Positions 59,865 to 64,000 of a stretch of DNA of 64,000 nt are shown piece by piece. Location: positions 96,001 to 160,000 of the forward strand of contig JBHLMN010000001.1 of the NCBI GenBank assembly GCA_048938105.1. Direction: 5' to 3'. The position numbers and the translations under genes are program-made. This DNA comes from Promethearchaeota archaeon. GTDB taxonomy: Archaea > Asgardarchaeota > Heimdallarchaeia > Hodarchaeales > Hodarchaeaceae. The notes under the pieces were generated by a model. It did no database searches. It worked only from the letters and a program-made list of their open reading frames with translations, and was not told the DNA's origin. Position 1 is the first letter of the stretch; the number at the start of each line of letters is the position of its first letter.

Positions 59865-60926
59865 GTGTATATAGACTCAAAAGTTAATATTCAGGAATTC
59901 TTTGAATCAAAGTCAATATTGATTACAGGCGCTTGTGGAACTATTGGAAGGGGGCTTGCTAAACAACTCCTAACATATAATTTGGCTGGTTTACGCTTAT
60001 TGGATAATGATGACACTGCTATTACAGAATTACAGGACGAATTAGAGAATCACAACAATGAAGGAATCTTAAGATTCCTGATTGGCACTATTAGAGATAA
60101 AGAAAGGTTAGTTCGTGCTTTTGAGGGAATTGACTATGTCTTTCATTGTGCAGCCTTGAAGCATGTTGCTATTGGAGAGTATAACCCAAGAGAGGTCATT
60201 TTAACCAATGTCAATGGAACGGAAAATGTTATTGAGGCAGCGCTACATAATAACATCAAAAAAGTAATTTATACGAGTAGTGATAAAGCAGTAAACCCTG
60301 TGAATACAATGGGGGCATCAAAATTATTAGGAGAAAAATTAATCGTCGCTGCAAATTACGTCAGGGGTTCAAAACAAACAAATTTCTCAACAGTAAGATT
60401 TGGTAATGTATTAGGCTCAAGAGGTTCTATCATTAGGAGATTCGAGAAAAGAGTAAAAAAAGGCTTACCATTGATAGTCACTGATCCTAAGATGACACGG
60501 TTTATGATGCCAATTAATGATGCCATAAATCTAACTTTAAGAGCGATGGTTCTTTCAAATGGAGGAGAGATATTCGTTTTGAAAATGCCAAGCTTAATCT
60601 TAGGGGATTTAATTGATCTCTTTCTGGAACATGCAAAGAAGAAGTTTGAAATTAATCCAGATATTGAAATTACTGGATTATTTCCAGGAGAAAAAAGCTA
60701 TGAAGAATTAATGACAGAAGAAGAACTTACTAGAGCAATAGAGACTAATAGTATGTATATAGTGTTACCACACATTAAGGAATTACTTGAAAAGTATCCA
60801 AAAGAAATTCTGGATCAACGAGGAAAAATTAAGAGTAAAGCTAACACCTCTCAACTCACTGATCCGATATCAAAAAGTGATCTTAGGAGATTACTAACGA
60901 AAATTAACTTAATTAATGGAAGTTGA
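59865..60926 (+). CDS. UDP-GlcNAc 4,6-dehydratase (PseB/CapD family)
   Basis: TGACGTIG, HCAALKHV, EYNP, SSDKAVNP, GNVLGSRGS, MTRF, PGEK. Confidence 0.88.
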   Translation: MYIDSKVNIQEFFESKSILITGACGTIGRGLAKQLLTYNLAGLRLLDNDDTAITELQDELENHNNEGILRFLIGTIRDKERLVRAFEGIDYVFHCAALKHVAIGEYNPREVILTNVNGTENVIEAALHNNIKKVIYTSSDKAVNPVNTMGASKLLGEKLIVAANYVRGSKQTNFSTVRFGNVLGSRGSIIRRFEKRVKKGLPLIVTDPKMTRFMMPINDAINLTLRAMVLSNGGEIFVLKMPSLILGDLIDLFLEHAKKKFEINPDIEITGLFPGEKSYEELMTEEELTRAIETNSMYIVLPHIKELLEKYPKEILDQRGKIKSKANTSQLTDPISKSDLRRLLTKINLINGS

Positions 60927-60982
60927 AAAACGAAGATTCGACTAGAAAAGGTCAGAATCTAATCAATTTATTACTAATGCTT

Positions 60983-61951
60983 TTATTTTGTTACTGTTTC
61001 TTGCAGCCTTACTATTTCATCATATAGATTCTGGTTCCCTTTAAAATGCAATTGCCTCTTAATTTGTTTTCGGGACATAGAAAGTAAGTTAGAAACAGCT
61101 TGTTTTATCTGTCTTATACTCATTCCTTCTAAAACGCCTCCAAATATTCCATGTCCTCTTTTTTCAAAGTCAATACCAATCTCAATTTGATGTTCTATCA
61201 TAGCAAACATCAAAACAGGAATTCCTAAGGCTGCAAATTCATATTTTGTCACCCCTGCACTTGAAATTCCCCATTCTGCATCCTTAATTACATCCAATAG
61301 TAACTTCATTTCTTTGTAGATGATTGTTTTTGGTCCCTTATAGTTCCTAATAGTTGAATCATAGTTATCCGTTACTACTAGCGCGATTTTCTTTACTAGT
61401 TCACTTTCTTCACACAATTCTAATAGATTCAGAATGTGTTTGTCACCCTCACTATATCCTCCTAGAAAGATCGCTAGCTTTCCCTCTTCGATATAAGTGC
61501 CTGGTGAAAAATAATCTGGATGTAGAATAACGTTTTCCCCTCCCAGCAATAGTTTAACCTCTTTAAGAGTCTTGTTTAGATAACAACTAGAGTATTTTTC
61601 ACTACCAAAATTTGGATTGATAATAATATCTGCTGAATAATGAGGTAAATGGCAAAAATCATCAATACGAATATGAAAAGCTTTCTCAAACTGAAAGTCT
61701 GGAATAATATATGAATCGATTATTACAGTATTTCCCAATAAATCATAGTCTCCCAGATTTAATTGATTTAAATCGAAAAAGGAAATTTTATCGTTTTTTA
61801 CAATTTTACGAATAGAGGAGTCATCGTTAACTAGAAAATGAGAATCAAAACCCTTTTTTTCGAAGAAGCAATATAGATTCTTTAATCGTGATATATGACC
61901 GAAACCTATTTTTTCCCCTCCCGTTCCTATGAGAACGAGTTTATTCTCCAT
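60983..61951 (-). CDS. pseG: PseG/SpsG-like UDP-sugar hydrolase
   Basis: IGFGHISR, IIDSY, IDD, IINPN, LLG, FLGG, AGVTKYE. Confidence 0.8.
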   Translation of the reverse strand: MENKLVLIGTGGEKIGFGHISRLKNLYCFFEKKGFDSHFLVNDDSSIRKIVKNDKISFFDLNQLNLGDYDLLGNTVIIDSYIIPDFQFEKAFHIRIDDFCHLPHYSADIIINPNFGSEKYSSCYLNKTLKEVKLLLGGENVILHPDYFSPGTYIEEGKLAIFLGGYSEGDKHILNLLELCEESELVKKIALVVTDNYDSTIRNYKGPKTIIYKEMKLLLDVIKDAEWGISSAGVTKYEFAALGIPVLMFAMIEHQIEIGIDFEKRGHGIFGGVLEGMSIRQIKQAVSNLLSMSRKQIKRQLHFKGNQNLYDEIVRLQETVTK

Positions 61952-61979
61952 AACCTCTCACTAGATTTGAATTTTAAAG

Positions 61980-63047
61980 CTAGCCAGAAATCATATCCCA
62001 GCTAAGTGGAGTTCCTTTTGAAATATCTTTAGTAGCTCTACTCTTAAGCACTATATCCCAATAACGAGGACTTAATCCGAAAGCAGGTCTGATAATCTTA
62101 ACGTTTTCTTGGTTGAATTTATCACCTGCAGAAATATCTTTTATGGTAAAGATTGATCTTCGAAAAGTGAGATTTTTCTTCTCATCTTCACCTCGGCCTG
62201 TTAATAGTGTATCTCCTAATGCCTGCTCTACATTTCGAATCATTTTAATTAACAAAGTCAATTCATGTGGTTCAATAGAAAAAAAGGAATCAGGACCTTT
62301 TATACTTCTATCCAAAGTGAAATGCTTTTCTATGACACATGCCCCAAGAGCCACACTCGCAATTGCAATTTCATTTCCTAAGAAATGATCTGATAACCCA
62401 ATTGGAACGTTAAATATTTGTTTTAAGCGTGTAATCGTTTGAATATTCATCTCAGATGAAGACGCAGGGTAAGAGCTTGTACAGTGTAAAAGAACAAGCT
62501 CGTTACCGTTTTTCTTTATGATTTGAACCGCCTCATCTATTTCTGCTAAAGAAGCCATGCCCGTAGACATCATTATAGGTTTACCTGTCTTTGTGATTTT
62601 TCTTATCAAAGGTAAATCTGTTATTTCAAACGAAGCAATTTTATATGCAACTATATCTAAACTTTCAAGAAAATCAACTGCTGTGTGATCAAAAGGTGAT
62701 GAAAAAACTGTAATCCCCAGTTTTTTACCGATTTTCACTAATTCTTCCTGCCATTCCCAAGGCATATAAGCCTCCTCATATAATTCATACAGAGTCTTTC
62801 CTGCCCAAGCACTATCACTTTGAATTTGAAAGTATTCATTATTGAGATTTAAGGTCATTGTATCAGGTGTATAGGTCTGTAATTTAACAGCATCAGCTCC
62901 AGAATCTTTAGCACTATGAATCAATCGTTTTGCTATATTAAGGTCACGATTATGATTAGCTGATAATTCTGCTACAATATAAGTAGGATTTCCCTTACCA
63001 ATTTTTCGATCGTTGATAGTGATCTCTTTAAACGACATGATTATCAT
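61980..63047 (-). CDS. pseI: Pseudaminic acid synthase (NeuB family)
   Basis: AELSANH, KLQTYTPDTMT, KIASFEI, GLSDH, IEKHFTLDR, C-terminal SAF domain RRS...IRPAFGL. Confidence 0.92.
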   Translation of the reverse strand: MIIMSFKEITINDRKIGKGNPTYIVAELSANHNRDLNIAKRLIHSAKDSGADAVKLQTYTPDTMTLNLNNEYFQIQSDSAWAGKTLYELYEEAYMPWEWQEELVKIGKKLGITVFSSPFDHTAVDFLESLDIVAYKIASFEITDLPLIRKITKTGKPIMMSTGMASLAEIDEAVQIIKKNGNELVLLHCTSSYPASSSEMNIQTITRLKQIFNVPIGLSDHFLGNEIAIASVALGACVIEKHFTLDRSIKGPDSFFSIEPHELTLLIKMIRNVEQALGDTLLTGRGEDEKKNLTFRRSIFTIKDISAGDKFNQENVKIIRPAFGLSPRYWDIVLKSRATKDISKGTPLSWDMISG

Positions 63048-63245
63048 CCAGCTATTATAATGGCATGAATAGAAAGAATCAGAATGAATTTCTCCTATAA
63101 GTTACAATAAAGATTTCAATTTGATTTTTTATATTTTATGAATAATCTTCAAATTGTTATCAACACTGATAACATTAGCTAAAGTTTAAGTATTACCATA
63201 AAGCTGGATAATCAATTATAAAACATTGTTTCTTATGTTCTAACA

Positions 63246-63986
63246 TTATAAATCTAATCGGATTATTTTCCAACTCATTACTACGGCCCCGCTAATCTGT
63301 AGTCTTCTCCCATTATCCAGAAGTACTGTATATGTACCCATTTGATTAGGAGGAGGTTTGGGAATATCAATTCCAATCTCAAAATCCCATACTTTTAAAT
63401 TCTTAATGCCTAAATTATAGACATATTTCCTAAATTGTGGTAAGCTATACACATTATAATAAGCATTGAAACCTTTTTTTCCAGATTCTTTTTGGAACTC
63501 TCTTATTTTAATCTCAAAATCAATGTCACCATCATAAAAAAGAGAACTTATGAAAATATGCTTTTTTGTTATTGCAATAAGAGTAGTTACCATTTCGTCA
63601 TAATAAGGAAGCCATGTGATGGTTTTCCATGAGATAGAAATATCAAAAAATTTTGAATAATCTAAAGGAAGGTCGTAAACGTCTCTAATTTCAAAAGATA
63701 CATTTCTTTTCTTTTTATTGAGTATTCTTGCTTCCTCAATCAGGTAAGGAACTTTATCAACACCTAAAAAGGATGATTGAGGGCTAAGATCTGATAAAAA
63801 ATAGAGAAGATGGCCAATTCCACAACAAGCATCAAGTATTTTTAATTTCGGTTCCTTCAATTTCGGTTCGATTAAATTCATCAAGAATTTGTCGATTTCT
63901 TGTGGCTGATCAACATATTTTCTCATTGAATTAATTATGAACTTCTTATCCTTTTCACCCTTAACATATGAATAATTTCTTGCCAT
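63246..63986 (-). CDS. Class I SAM-dependent methyltransferase
   Basis: ILDACCGIG motif I, GVD, FDIS. Confidence 0.85.
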   Translation of the reverse strand: MARNYSYVKGEKDKKFIINSMRKYVDQPQEIDKFLMNLIEPKLKEPKLKILDACCGIGHLLYFLSDLSPQSSFLGVDKVPYLIEEARILNKKKRNVSFEIRDVYDLPLDYSKFFDISISWKTITWLPYYDEMVTTLIAITKKHIFISSLFYDGDIDFEIKIREFQKESGKKGFNAYYNVYSLPQFRKYVYNLGIKNLKVWDFEIGIDIPKPPPNQMGTYTVLLDNGRRLQISGAVVMSWKIIRLDL

Positions 63987-64000
63987 CTATAATTCCTTCA

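Noticed and set aside
1-64000. CRISPR array, rRNA, integrase or IS transposase; also the many short antisense ORFs in the track
   Set aside because: No spaced repeats or such genes were seen by eye. The short ORFs lie opposite or inside well-supported genes and are treated as shadows.

Overview
Low-GC archaeal chromosomal DNA, most likely from an Asgard archaeon of the Heimdallarchaeia/Hodarchaeales type. That assignment is an inference from the four Rag/Gtr-like GTPase-Roadblock genes, the TPGF/TPAF C-terminal sorting tails, an archaeal C1:G72 tRNA-Tyr with BHB introns, ABCE1 and an ATP-dependent ligase. From left to right the window holds: a Rag-like GTPase neighbourhood, including an operon of GTPase, pseudo-GTPase, longin/gelsolin-like protein and GTPase; a site-2 protease; ABCE1/Rli; three MacB/FtsX-type ABC loci; a secreted metallopeptidase; a double-domain methyltransferase; DNA ligase; an Eis-type GNAT; a B12-radical SAM enzyme; a tRNA-Tyr locus; a BtuFCD-type importer; a radical SAM/TrmO operon; and a surface glycosylation cluster with pseudaminic acid (pse) genes. 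Three features stand out. (1) A LAGLIDADG endonuclease sits between a 5'-only remnant of an AmmeMemoRadiSam radical SAM gene, cut exactly before its CxxxCxxC motif, and a complete copy of the same gene. This suggests a splicing-free homing cassette that supplies a replacement N-terminus. (2) A two-intron tRNA-Tyr and an inverted orphan 5' half of tRNA-Tyr bracket a 630-aa putative PD-(D/E)XK nuclease. (3) The Rag-like operon resembles a primordial Rag/Ragulator/longin module. ABCE1 and the DNA ligase also appear to start at non-canonical codons. All domain calls come from motifs read by eye; no database searches were run.
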